This document shows positions 36,303-49,299 of a DNA stretch of 64,000 nt, one piece after another; within the stretch, counting starts at the first letter, position 1, and every line of letters begins with the position of its first letter. This DNA comes from Octopus sinensis (lineage: Eukaryota). Where the stretch lies: NCBI RefSeq assembly GCF_006345805.1, contig NC_043022.1, forward strand, positions 13,082,001-13,146,000. The letters run 5' to 3'. The notes below the pieces were generated by a model. That model searched no databases. It was not told where the DNA came from and saw only the letters and a program-made list of their open reading frames with translations. Both the position numbers and the translations under genes were made by a program.

Positions 36303-36648
36303 TCACTTGTTTCAGTCGTTTGACTGCGGCCATGCTGGAGCATCGCCTTTTTAGTCGAGCAAATCGACCCTAGTACTTATCCAATCGATCTCTTTTGCCG
36401 AACCGCAAAGTAACGGGGATGTAAACACACCAGCATCGGTTGTCAAGCGATGTTGGGGAGACAGACAGACACACACATATATACGACAGGCTTCTTTCAG
36501 TTTCCGTCTACCAAATCCACTCACAAGGCTTTGGTCGGCCCGAGGCTATAGTAGAAGATACTTGCCCAAGGTGCCACACAGTGGGACTGAACCTGGAACT
36601 GTGTGGTTGGTAAGCAAGCTACTTACCACACAGCTACTCCTGCGCCTA
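36303..36648 (-). mobile_element. CORE-like SINE
   Basis: Family match, reverse orientation. Confidence 0.88.
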
Positions 36649-37244
36649 TTCTAGCTTAATAATGATAAAGTGATCTAAATTTCAACTTTCCATCAAAGTT
36701 TCATGTAAATTTGTTCAAGACATCAGATTAATTAATGAGTTATTTTTTACTAAATTCTTCATAATATTCAAAATAAAAACAAAGTCAATGGATTTCAAGA
36801 GAAATATGATAAAAGGATGAAGGAAATACTAGCAAGTAGAACTAAATTTTAGTCCTTCCTTGGACCAGGTTAAAATTTTCCTACCTGCCTGGAGCAGTTC
36901 CCATCTGTTAAACTGACTAGATTTACCTACACAAACATAAAAGTTTACACTGGAGACAACATTCATAAAGTTACGGCACCCCTTAGCAGATGTAGTTTGA
37001 ACCGACTGTAAATGGAATGTGGAGAAAGGAAAGATTTAGTAGTTAAAAAGATGCTGAACAATTTTGTAAATCTGGCCAAAATATTCTTCATCAGAGATTT
37101 GACATAAAAGACACACAGGAGCAATTTACCCAGTAAGATGACTCCGAAACAGATTTACATATCGAAACATGTAATATTACATACACACACATAAAAAAAA
37201 AAAAAATAACAAACTCATCTTTTTTTTTTTTTTTTTTTTTTTTA

Positions 37245-40200
37245 CTTTGACATGGACAGTTGTTATGAAATGTGCAGTACAATTCATTTTTATTTTATTA
37301 TTTTTTTCTTTTTTTTAAACAAGCCAAGAATGAGCGAAGACTATAGGATAGCAATTGGAACCGGGCATTGGAAGCGCGGCAAGTTAAAAACCAATTCCGG
37401 CCAGGCTCATGTTGAGAATAAAGAAACATGAGGCAGAAAGAGGGGAGAAGAACCAGAAAAAAAAAAAAATTTTTTTTTTTAATTCAGAAACAGAGATCAG
37501 TAAGGGGAGAGGGGGGAGATAAGGATTTTTTAAAAAATAAAATAAAATTTGAAAAATTAAGACACAGGAAGGGGTGGAAGGGGAATTCACCTAAGAAAAA
37601 AAAAAGAAAAATGAAAAACGTCTTGTATTTCCTCTACTTCAGTCTGAGGTTTCTTATATTTTAGTTGTGTAAACCGAGTAATATTCACACAATTTGAGAA
37701 GTTTATCACTTAATAATAACAAATTGCTTTCAATATTCTTTAAAAGTTTTCTTTTTTTTCTTCTCTCAAATGAATTGATTAAAAAATAGGTAGAGATGTG
37801 GGGGGTACAGTTGGAACGTAAATATATCAGCAGGCCCTTCACTTTGTATGACTGTTGTTTTGGGAAACTCGACAAACGAGAGTTTTACAAGAGAGAGAGA
37901 AAAAAAAAAACAGTCATCAAGGAGCCACTATGCTCCTGCGGAGGAACATCAACCAACCAACAAAGAATTGAAAGACTTGTAGATGTTGAAGGGGGACAAG
38001 AGAGGGGGAGAGAAAGTTAAAAAAAAAAAAATGGGTGGATGGGTGGGTGGAGGAGTTTCACTTAAAAGGGTGGATTTTTCTTCTTTTTTTTAAAGTAATC
38101 TAACTAGGTCTTATATTTCGCCCACATCATTCAGTATTACATGGCTTCTATCCTGCTTTTTTTTTTACCTTTTATATTTTTATGTTATCTTTTTTTTTTT
38201 ATACAACCAACGGCACAATTTCCAAATTTCCATGTCTAACTATCACACTTTCAAAGACCATGCGACCCATCACACACAGCACAACTGTACATATAACAAT
38301 TACACCCAGAGTCAGTGACAAGATCTGTGCACACACACACACACACAGCCGGCCACACACAAACACTCAACACTTCCATTTCGCTTGGGCAGCTCCTGTT
38401 TATTAATTTTCAGTGTGTGTCTGTGTCTGTGCGTGTGTGTCTGTGTGTTTGTTAACATACAAAGACACATACATGCATGCACCAGCACGCTCGCACACTT
38501 AAACTGCCATATGTACAAACACACAGCCCTCTGCAGTAGTTCGCAGCCGCCACTGCCATCCTCTGCTACTCGCAAAGAATCCACAGATCTATATGCAACT
38601 ATTGCAGGTGAGAGAGACAGAGCAGAGAGAGAGAGAGAGAGAGGAGAGAGAGTTGTTTATCAAGCTCTGCTTTACTTCTTTATTCAGAGAGCAGCAAAAA
38701 ACAATTAAGACTTTTTCTATGAAGGAGAAACCAACTGATGACATAAATGAGGCTTGTTTGTTGACAAATATACAAGATGTACATTGAAAATCTATTTACA
38801 ACAATTTTTATACACCAACCAACAGGTCCCAAAATGGTTTGAGCGTAATGAAGAGAGATGGGATAGAGAGAGACAGAGAGATAGAGAGAGAGTGTCAAGT
38901 TCAATAAGAAGTGCAGCACCTGTCCAAACAGAGAGGTTCCAACAGTAACTGATATAACAGGATTTAATTTACAGAAGATAGCATCATCTTTGTACAAATT
39001 CTCGGTCACTCGCGCACACGCGCTTTCTCCGTCTTTCATACGCGCACACACACATAAACATTGGCCTTCTCTTTTTTTTCAGAGAATTCTTTTTTTTTTT
39101 ATTATTTTCTTTTTTTTCCCTTAATTCTGTTGTAGTGAGAAAGACAACTTTGCTTCTTCCTTTCGTCCACTGGTTTGCTATCACAACTCTGGACTCCCAA
39201 GAAACTGGACAGAGGTCGATAACAAGCAACCAGTGGAATCATGGAATGACTACCATTTTTCTAAAAATGTCATCATCATTACTACAACTATTATTATTTA
39301 TATTATTATTATTATTTGCTTGGATAGGTAGTTTCTGATCAAAATAAAATAACAAATGGGACCATGTTTATGCCATTCGTGCCGAAGCGCAAATTAAAAG
39401 CATCTGGCTTTGTTTACAGTCATAAACAATATATGACCAACAACAACAACATTAACAAAATAATTTTCACTTTTTAGTTTTTCTTGCTTTTTTTTTTTTG
39501 AAATTTTTCATTTTTGTTTTTTTCCTCCTTTTTTTTTGTTTTTTTTTTCTTCTTTTTTCTTTTTTTTGATCAACACCAAGCAGTTGTGTGTTTCGTCTCA
39601 CTCTTCCCTGGTGGCTGGGGTTTGGGGAGTGAAATAGTGGACTAACCTGAGCCCCCAAAGTAGAGAGAGGCGTTAATACCAAACTTTGGTGTTTTACTTG
39701 GAAAAAAAAAAAAAAAGGGAATGAGAGAAAATTTGTAGCTTTGGAAGGGGGGAATAAGAGAGAGAGGGAGAGGAAACTGTGTCCCTCCCTCCACCATACA
39801 ATTGCTCTGTTTAGTCACTGGCGGAAGGAAGAGAAAGAGATTAAAACTTGTTGCAAGGGAGGGGAGTGGTGTTTTGAAAAGTTTTTTTTTTTATTATTTT
39901 ATTTCATTTATTTATATTTTATGTTCATTTCATTTCATTTTTTTTTTGTTCAAATCCATTTATATTTTCATTTTCTTCTTTCTTTTTTTTTTAAATAGCC
40001 ACAGGAGCCAACTGCCATCCTCTGAAGCATGTCCTTCTTTCTTTGAGAGAAATAGCAGTAGCTGGCCAGCAGCAGGGTAATGAGATCACGTGATAGAAAG
40101 GGGGTGGGGTGCACTCAGCCAGCCTACAGTGTCGTTTGACTATCACTTCAGCCACTCCCCTCATTTTAATTACAATATATACAACAGTTTGAGGGGCAGG

Positions 40201-41712
40201 AGAAAGACAGAGAGAGAACAAAAAAATTCTTTAAAATGCCAAGAAATGAAATAAAAAAAAGTTTGATAAAAGAAAATTTTTTAAAAAATAATAGGGAAGA
40301 TGAGAAAGAAGAGGAACTGATTAGAAATGGGGGTGGAGTGGCTGGCAGGGCACTCTCTCTTTACATACATATACATAGCTTGTGGAGGGGCTGGGGGTAT
40401 TTTTTGTTTTTAAAACATTTTTTTTCTTCTCTTTCTTTCAATTATATTAATTAAACCAACAAAAATTAAAATATTTGAACTAAAATTATTAATGGGGCTA
40501 GAAAGGGTTAAAAAAAAAAAAGGTTTTAAAATAACTATTGAAAGAAATAGTTTTGAGAAGTGTGAAGAAAGATTTAGCTGCCTTCCAAGAGCAAAAAAAT
40601 CCTTGTTTACATGATTCACCTTATTACAAGACTGCTCCGAAGTGTGAGAGTGAGATATAGAGAGAGAGAGATATACAGAGACTTGTCACATAAAGCAGTG
40701 TATGTATGTAATTATTGTCATTAATCTCCCCCACAACGACTGGGACTTGCAGTACAAGAGGGGGGGTCGGGTTTGAGCAGCAGTATTGGTTGAAACCCTG
40801 GTGGAGTCACTAAATAAAGGGGGTGGTGGTCAGTGTGTAACGAGGCAGGGGGGAAAGTATTAAATAAATAAAATAAAATTTTGCTTTTTTGTTTGTTTAA
40901 AAAAAATTCACTTGTAACTTTTGAAAAAAAAAAAAAAAATTTAAAATTAAAAGAGGGGAGGGCTTTTTTTGAAGTTTTCCTGTGTATTATAATATTAATA
41001 ATAATAATATATAAGATCCTGTTGGTCTGGACCTATTCCTCATTCACAAATGTCTTTTTTTTTTTTGTTTTGTTTTTAATTCCTAAATGGTGTACTCATC
41101 CTTTAAAGATCTTTGGAAGCGGTATCATTGATAGAAAGTCATCACTGGGAAGACGGAACTCACACACAAACACACTTTGAGTCCGTTTATCACTTTGGAT
41201 GAGGATTTCACTGAGAAAATAAAAGTCTAGTTATGCAATCAACAGGGACATCGTCGTCGAGATAATCACGCGACCAAACTCTTACAGATTTCAGCACTAG
41301 ATCTTTTTTTTTCTTGTCCTTCGTCTCCCCTTTTAAATCATCGCCAACTTTTCTTTCCACTGGATATATGAAACGTATGCAAAATACAGTGAACATGGTT
41401 TGGTTGTAAATATAGAACAGAGAGAAGAGGAGTTGGTTGTAAGTGGTGGTGGTGGTGGTCACCTAATATTGTCTCCATGACAATTTGGTACAAGAAAGTC
41501 AGCAGCTCTCTGCTGATTCTACTGGTGAGTTTACCCATCACCTCCATATCATATTGTGTGTTGTCATCGATTTTGGGCTGATGCTGATTGGCTTGTCTGC
41601 AGACAACTTTGATGATGACAACAACAACAACAACAAGAATCACAGCAGGGTACAGCCCCCTCTTCTGATGACTTTGTGTGGCATGTCAATCCAATATTTG
41701 GCCAGAATTCGA
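37245..41712 (-). other. spen: Probable long (~4.4 kb) spen 3' UTR
   Basis: No recognisable interspersed repeat, in contrast to the flanks; homopolymer tracts; minus-strand AATAAA near 37290, about 45 nt before an A-tract. The end is inferred. Confidence 0.55.
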
Positions 41713-41841
41713 CTAGACCGTGGTAATCACAATCACAAGATGAGCAAAGTCAGACACTTGGTTCATCAATTCAAATCCGGCCTCTCGTAGTTTCAGGCGA
41801 GAAAACTCGCATGGTGGGAAAATATGGACGACATAAGCAGG
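41713..41841 (-). CDS. spen: Spen terminal coding exon (PAYVVHIFPPCEFS...HLVIVITTV*)
   Basis: SPOC C-terminus PAYV..IFPPCEFS...HL.IVI..V; acceptor tttttccag|; stop TAG at 41713-41715. Confidence 0.97.
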   Translation of the reverse strand, partial: PAYVVHIFPPCEFSRLKLREAGFELMNQVSDFAHLVIVITTV

Positions 41842-41954
41842 CTGGAAAAAAATACAAAGGAGATAATTATTAGAATCACAGGCTGAACTAATAAGATTTC
41901 TCTTTTTTTCTTGGGTCAAATGAAGAAATATATCAAACCAAGTAAAATACTAGG

Positions 41955-42191
41955 GAAAGTTTACGAAAAAAAAAACAAAAGACGAAGACAGGTGGTGTAC
42001 AAAACAAACAGATGTATTAGTATAACGCTCAGGAATAGAAAAAAGTCTTTTACGTTTCGAGCCTACGCTCTTCTACAGAAAGGGACACAGAAAAAACAAG
42101 GAGAGAAAAAAATGTGTGTAGTGGCTATATACAGGCATGTATCTTTAGTGGTGTATGGGTGTATCTTTAGTTTTAATGGTATGTGTATATA

Positions 42192-42227
<36 letters not shown>

Positions 42228-42415
42228 GGGAGAGTTTACGAAAAAAACAAAAGGCGAAGACAGGTGGTGTACAAAACAAACAGATGTATTAGTATAACGC
42301 TCAGGAATAGAAAAAGTCTTTTACGTCTCGAGCCTACGCTCTCATATAGAAAGGGACACAGAAAAAACAAGGAGAGAAAAAAATGTGTGTAGTGGCTAAC
42401 GATCTATCATGGCGT
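41955..42415 (-). mobile_element. Tandem dimer of a Penelope-like short repeat with hammerhead-like motifs, in the last spen intron
   Basis: Two ~170-nt near-identical units (about 41955-42128 and 42229-42415) separated by microsatellite. Confidence 0.65.
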
Positions 42416-42748
42416 CTGACTCGGACAGGTAAAATATTAATCATGTACTGGAGTTGCCTTGCAGTTTTTCTTTCAGCACTTTACATTCTGAGTTCAAATC
42501 CTGCCAAAGTCAACTTTGCCTCTCATCCTTTTGGGCGTCAATACAATAAAGAACCAGTCAAGTATTAAGGGTCTCCCCTCAAAATTTTTGGCCTTGGGTT
42601 CAAATCAGATAATATTGCCACCCTTCTTCAGTCATCCATAATCAAGATATTTTACCAATTATCATCAATTAGCCACTAATTACAGCTGAAGGGATTTGTG
42701 TAAATTACAAAGCACAATATAAATACAAAATGTTATAAAGAAGTATAC

Positions 42749-42907
42749 CTGCTGAGATTCTGGGTTGGACACGTTAACGATTCCAGCAGCTTGCTTACTG
42801 CTCAGGTAACTTATAAAACCATTGTTCAGAGCTCTAGTTTGGTGCATTATTTCAAAATGGTCTTGGCCATTAGGCAGGGCCAACAGCATACAATACTCTT
42901 CGGTCAA
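42749..42907 (-). CDS. spen: Spen SPOC domain exon 2 (LTEEYCMLLALP...KQAAGIVNV...SQQ)
   Basis: SPOC motif FI.YL..KQAAGI.NV; sites ttttacag| and CAG|gtatac; 53 codons. Confidence 0.97.
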
Positions 42908-43070
42908 CTGTAAAAAAAACATCAAACAATAATAACACATTAAACTTGATATTTTTTATCCCCTTCCACATACATACTTACACAAACACATACACACATA
43001 TTAGGGAATAAATCCAAATTTACAGGGAAAAATCAGATTTAGGATTGAATCCAATTTTATAGTAAAATAT

Positions 43071-43265
43071 TATATAATATTAATTAGAGACAAAACCACT
43101 ATTTTGCAAAACAAACAAGGAAAGACTTAATCAATACATAAAAAAAATTTAATATAAAGTAAATAAATAAATAAACTTTATATTAAAATTTTTTTATGTA
43201 TTGATTAAGTCTTTCCTTGTTTGATTTACAAAATAGTGGTTTTGTCTCTAATTAATATTATATAT
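43071..43265. repeat. Near-perfect ~90-bp inverted repeat with a 14-nt loop in a spen intron
   Basis: Arms 43071-43160 and 43175-43265, about 3 mismatches. Confidence 0.9.
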
Positions 43266-43914
43266 ATATATATATAGGCATGTCCTTTACAGCAATGCTC
43301 TCCACTCCCTCTCTCAGCTGAAAGTCTGTCTTGTGGGCTCACAGGTGCCAGTACCACATAGAAAGCACCCATGCCAGTGTCACATATAAAGCAAATGTGC
43401 TGGTACCCTATGTAACGCATGCACACACACACACGACTCAGGCATGTCTGTGAAGTTCAGAAGTTTGCTTCAAAACTACATGGTTTGGGGTTTAGTCCCA
43501 GTGTGACCCCTTGGGCAAGTGTCTTTTACTACAGCGTTGGGTCAATCAAAACCTTGTGAGTAGAGATTTGGAAACTAAAAGAAGCCCATCATGTGTGTGT
43601 CTTGATGTTACATGATGTAAATGAGCGTCACTGTCACACAAGCGGTGTCATTCATTTCCAATATTCTGAGAAAACACGTCCGAACATGGGGAAATACTAT
43701 CTTGCTCGGAAAGAAGGGTTGGTGACAAGAAGGGCATCCAGCCATAGAAAATTTTCCACAGTAAACTCCATCTCACCCATGCCAGCATGGAAAGGTAGAC
43801 ATTGAAACTCTCACACAATATTGGATGTAGCTGCTAGTTATAATGTGTTGGATCCTGCAATTTAGAATCCACATGCACTGACCACTTTACAGAATGCACT
43901 GGATGTTTTTTTTC

Positions 43915-44135
43915 CCCACCATGACACAAGCACTATCTCCGTCCGGGTTGCAGATCCGTGGAACAAGCTGCCAGACGAGTTGGTGAAGATGTCGACGACC
44001 GCTTTGTTCAAAGTCTCCCTTGACCTCAAGTGGCCTGAACTCTTTACATGAACACCACCCTGTACTTAACTCCATGTCCCCCTACATGGCCTTGCTATTT
44101 GCTTTTGAGCCAAAATTAACTAACTAACTAACTAA
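43915..44135 (+). mobile_element. CR1-like LINE 3' end
   Basis: ISVRVADPWNKLPDELV...FKVSLDLKW* is CR1 ORF2 terminus-like; followed by a short UTR and an (AACT)n tail. Confidence 0.8.
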
Positions 44136-44251
44136 TGTCTTTGACAAGACAAAAGATTCCTCACACTGACACAACCCACATCTCTTGCACATGAGCTTGT
44201 ACACTGGTAGACTTATCCATTCAACCCCATTCACCTGTCAATATAACTTAC

Positions 44252-44455
44252 CTGCATCCGTTTTGCCACTCCTTCAACCTGGATTGGCTCGAGGCGCATC
44301 CGTTGGCTTATTCGCAGTGGTTGCATGGTGCAGTCTGAAGCTAGCTGTGGCATAGATGGTGCTATTAACTGCCTATTTCCTGACATTAAGTGCATCTGCA
44401 CAACTACATTATCATTTTTCAATGCCAGAAGACCTTGCCACATTATTTCATATTT
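44252..44455 (-). CDS. spen: Spen SPOC domain exon 1 (KYEIMWQGLLALKND...EGVAKRMQ)
   Basis: Matches the SHARP SPOC motifs WQGLLALKND and LRI.QRMRLE; sites ctttacag| and CAG|gtaagt; 68 codons. Confidence 0.97.
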
Positions 44456-44577
44456 CTGTAAAGAAAGAGAAAAACAGTTTTAGGTTAGATTACAAATATC
44501 AGACGAAGCATACATGCTACAACTTAAGTTGTGGAACCCCAGTATATTACATGCAGAAAAAGCCTCTTTACAACATA

Positions 44578-44950
44578 GGCGCAGGAGTGGATGTGTGGTA
44601 AGTAGTTTGCTTACTAACCACATGGTTCTGGGATCAGACACTGCATGGCACCTTGGGCAAGTGTCCTCTTCTATAGCCTCGGGCCAACCAAAGCCTTGTG
44701 AGTGGATTTGGTAGACGGAAACTGAAGGAAGCCCATCGTATATATGTATATGTATGTATGTGTGTGTATATGTTTGTGTGTCTGTGTTTGTCCCCCCAAC
44801 ATCGCTTGAAAACCGATGCTGAGGTATTTACGTCCCCGTAACTTAGCAGTTCGGCAAAAGAGACCAAGTAAGTCCTGGGGTAGATTTGCTTGACTAAAGG
44901 TGGTGCTCCAGCATGGCTGCAGTCAAATGACAGAAACAAGTAAAAGAGAG
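44578..44950 (+). mobile_element. CORE-like SINE in spen intron
   Basis: Family match. Confidence 0.88.
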
Positions 44951-45755
44951 AGTAGAGTATGGTCACTTGACTTGACATAAACAGCAGCCAGTCTCTATAG
45001 AATCACATTCTTCCATTTTTAAAAATTGGAAGGAAGGGCACATTCGATCATATAGTCCAAGCAGAGTATGGCTGCAATGTCTGATCAAATGTTGGTGCAC
45101 TTAAATCAGGATTGACCTGAGTTTAAACAACAACTGCAACAACAGATCCTTAAATAAAGCAGCAACTTCAAATATTAACCCTTTAGCACTCAGATTTATT
45201 TGGCAAATTTAATACTTATTAATTCACATTGATTTTGTATTAATCATGAATTATTTCATACTGCAAGATTTCAAAAAATGTCATTGTTTATATTTAGAAT
45301 GGCATTGTAGGGTAGCTGTGAGAGGCCAGATCCGGCCAGTTTGATCATAAAACAGGTTCTAGAATATTTCAGCCAGTTTTAATGCTAAAAGGTTTAACTC
45401 ACAACAGGATGAAACATCACAGAGTCAAGGATCTTCGGAAACACACTGAGTCTGCATAATCAGAACTGATCTGGCACTACACAACACACTAAATCTTCAA
45501 CTAAGCTAATAACATCTTTAATAATGCTTTTCTAAAAGGAACCAACCATTTTGTGTGTTAATTAGAGACAGTTAATCACCAGGTCACGTCAGAGACATGT
45601 AACCATCACCAAGTTGTGGTCAAAGACTGGTGACCATCACTTAGTGGTGTGCAAAAAACATAACCATGACTAGATTGCGTAACTATGACAAGGTAGTATG
45701 CTATAGTGACAGGTAACTAAATGATTATTAATCAACTAATTAATATTTCACTTAC

Positions 45756-45785
45756 CTTCTGTGTAAACGAAACTTCATGAATCAT
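45756..45785 (-). CDS. spen: Candidate 30-nt in-frame microexon of Spen (MIHEVSFTQK)
   Basis: ctttctttttcag|ATGATTCATGAAGTTTCGTTTACACAGAAG|gtaagt: consensus acceptor and donor, phase 0-0, no stop codon, inside a phase-0 intron. Not in the ORF track; no expression evidence. Confidence 0.65.
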
Positions 45786-46341
45786 CTGAAAAAGAAAGAT
45801 TTAAAGTTAATTTTATACCACAGTGATGACAAAGAATTGAACATTAAATTTAACAACCGTGTAGTTAAGAAGCTTGCTTCCCAATCGTAAGGTCTTGGGT
45901 TCAGTCCCACTGTACAGCACCATGGGCAAATGACTTTTATAACATTTGACATACCAAAGGTGAGTAGATCTGGGAAATGGAAACTTAAAGGTGTGTGTAT
46001 ACACCTTTGCTTTGACATTATGGTTGTAAACAAGAAGCACCATCATACAAATGGTGTTGTTTCCATTCTTCTGTGAAAAGCATGTCCAACCTTGGTGAAC
46101 TATTACTTGGCTTGAAAACAGGTGAAGGTTGGGGACAGGAAGGGCATCCAGCTGTAAAAAAAAAAATCCAACAAATTCTGCCAGACACATGCAAGCTTAG
46201 AAATTGGATATAAAACAATGATGAAGAGGGGGGGGGTCTATTCAAGCCATGGAAGCAATCAAAAATATAACGGCAAGAGGCAACCCTTCAGAGAGCAAAT
46301 TCTTGTTTGTTTTTTTAAAAAAACTTGAAAGAAAGACTTAC

Positions 46342-47094
46342 CTGTAACATAGCAATTGTATCATAGGCAAAGGAATTTGGATTAACGATAGACTGTGGTG
46401 TTACTGACAAGTTGCTGTGTAATAACTTCACACCATCCGAATGGACTAAACCAGGTGATCCAGGTGGTGGTTGCTGGACGTGGGCCTTTACAACTGCAGT
46501 TGAACCTCCAGTGGCTTGGTTGGGGTTTGATGGTGGCCGTTTGTCAGGTCGAGATGGTGGCCTAGACGGAGGTCGAGATTCTAGAGCGACCATGCCATGC
46601 TGTTGACTCAGGTATCCCGTGTGTTGATAATGGGGGTGATGTGCCTGAGTTTGAACGATGGTGCCCTCTGGTACAGTTATGAAGCCATGTTGGGCGTTAG
46701 CATAGACAGCAAGCCCGTGGTCGACAGGTAGACGTCCCATTTGAATAGGGAGATGGGTCTGTGGAAAGGGCATGCTGCGCGAGACATGCAGGTTGTCTGT
46801 TGTATAGAACGGCTGCTGGACTTCATGGACTGCCGGAGGCGAGAAAGCACTTGGAGTAGTTGCTATCTTCTCTACGCGTCTGTCAGTTGGGTAGACAGAC
46901 GGATGAGATGACTGAGAAAGCTGAGCGAGCCGAGCCTCCATTGATGCCTGCTGGCTTGCCTTATTGTCAAGAATGTAAGTGAGCCGATGAACGCCACCAG
47001 CTCCACTTGAACTCACTGTTCTCATCTCCACAGATGGACTCTGGTGAGCGGAAACAGGAGTATTATGCTGGGAATGATTTCCTTGCGAAGACAA
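46342..47094 (-). CDS. spen: Spen coding exon (753 nt) ending just before the SPOC domain (...YDTIAMLQ)
   Basis: Acceptor tttatttccag|, donor TTACAG|gtaagt, phase 0-0, 251 codons. Confidence 0.93.
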
Positions 47095-49299
47095 CTGGAA
47101 ATAAAAAAAACATTTATAATTAAGTTTTGTTAAATTCCGAGTTTCAACATTAAAACATAACAACAAAGGAAAATAGACAATGGCAACAATTGGACAATTT
47201 TGTAACTGCTTCCGAAGGATGGTGTGTGTGTGTGAGGGAGATATAGAGAAACACTAATCATGTATAGGGAAGGGGTCATCTTCACTGGTAAGAACAACAA
47301 TAACAAGAGGACAATTTTGGTTTGAAATATAAATGAATGACTAAATATTTTACTTCATAAGAGAATCTCTTTGTTTCAATATTACAGGTTGCAAATATAT
47401 TTGGGAAATGGTTTTTCAATTTTTTAAAATTTCTGATCATCTTGAAAACAATCAAAATCGTTTCACGCTCACTATTTCAAAGATTCACAAGAAAGCAATT
47501 AAAAAACAGAAAATAATACAATTCTAAATATAAAACGGTTGTGTCTGAGGGTCTTTTGGCATAATCAACTGCAAAATCGAATTAGAGATGAAAAATCAAG
47601 AACAAATTAACAAAATTCTGGCCTGGAAAGAAATTTTATTTTAGAAAGAATTGGAAACTGAAATTTTGCTTATTGTGTGTGTGTGTGTGTGTAGATAGAT
47701 AGATAGATAGATAGAGAGAGAGAGTGTGTGTGTGAGTGTGGAAAGAGAGAGAGAGATTAAAGAGAACCTGCAAGTAAGAGGTTCCTTAATGTTCTGCAGC
47801 ATGTACCAAGTTTCAAAACGAAATCTTTGCTAAAAGGTGAGCCCAGCTTGACAGCCACACACTCACATTATAACTGACAAAGAGAAGAAGGAACGACAAC
47901 AGAAATGCTATTCCAACAGCTGACGGCCAACAGGGTTGGGAAGGTTTATTAAGATGAAAGGAAGGGAAAAGTGAACAAATCTTTCAGCTGAGACGCAGGA
48001 AATATTTGTCAAAATATAGGGGACACAAAAGTCAGCTGCACAGTCAAATAAACAGTACAGAAGGGGTTATTCTCAATAACTTGTATAGCAGTGTTGTCAT
48101 TGTCATCATCATGAACTACAAGGCTTAAAGGAGACGGTCATCTCAAAAGCAGAAACTACAAGAGTATCAAACTGGATGACCAAGTTATAAAAACAACAAA
48201 AAAAACTAACAGAACAGTTAATTATAACAAAAATTAGCTTAAATGAGATGCCGTTTACATTTGAACCAGGCCAAAGTATTATGAATACAATCTTTTTACG
48301 GAGCAGTTTAGCCCAGAAGAAAGCTTTTGACAAAGTTCCACAATGTGGAGTCTGTTGGTCACTTAGAAAGCCTAAGTGTGGATGAATAAATTGTGATCAA
48401 GGTGAGGTAACTTAGCAACAAGTTCAGTAAAGAATAAGGTAGGTGTGCACTAGGTGCTTCGCTCGCAGCCACATGTTATGAAATGCTGTGTTAGAGAAAT
48501 CCAGCACAACTTATGCAAGCCTAGGAAAATGGAAATAAAACGCTGACAATATATCACCATCATTGTTTAACGTCCGCTTTCCATGCTAGCATGGGTTGGA
48601 CGATTTGACTGAGGGCTGGCAAACCGGATGGCTGCACCAGGCTTCAATCTTGATCTGGCAGAGTTTCTACAGCTGGATGCCCTTCCTAACGCCAACCACT
48701 CCGAGAGTGTAGTTGGGGCTTTTACGTGCCACTGGCATGAGGGCCAGTCTGGCGGTACTGGCAATGACCTCGCCCGAATCTTTTAAACATTCCACCGGCA
48801 CAGGTGCCAGTAAGACGATGCTGGTAACGATCACACTCAAATAGTGTCTTTTACGGGCCACCGGCACGGAGGCCAGATAGCCGCTCTGGCAACGATCACG
48901 CTCAAATGGTGCTCTTAACACCCTACTAGCACGGGGCTCGAGTGCCAATAAGGCGACGCTGGTAACGATCACACTCGAACGGTGCCTTTTATGTGCCACT
49001 GGCACGGAAGCCGGTTAGATGAGTAAATGTATATCATCCTCCTCCTCCTTTAGCATCTGTTAAATGGTGTGTGTGAAGACACAGGCATGGTTGGGTGATT
49101 AAAAGTGCACTTTCCAAGAACATGGTTTGAGGTTCAGTCCCACTGCATGGCACATTGGGCAACTGTCTTCTACTATAGCTGCAGGCTGGTCAAAGCCTGG
49201 TGAGTAAAAATTTGGTAGATGGAAACTGAAAGAAGCCTGTCATGTATACGTGTTTGTGTGAGTTGTACCCTTCTTCGAGAGTATTTTATACCTGCGAGC

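Noticed and set aside
41680-41715. Stop-codon readthrough of spen
   Set aside because: TAG is followed by TCG rather than a leaky context, and another in-frame stop occurs nine codons later.
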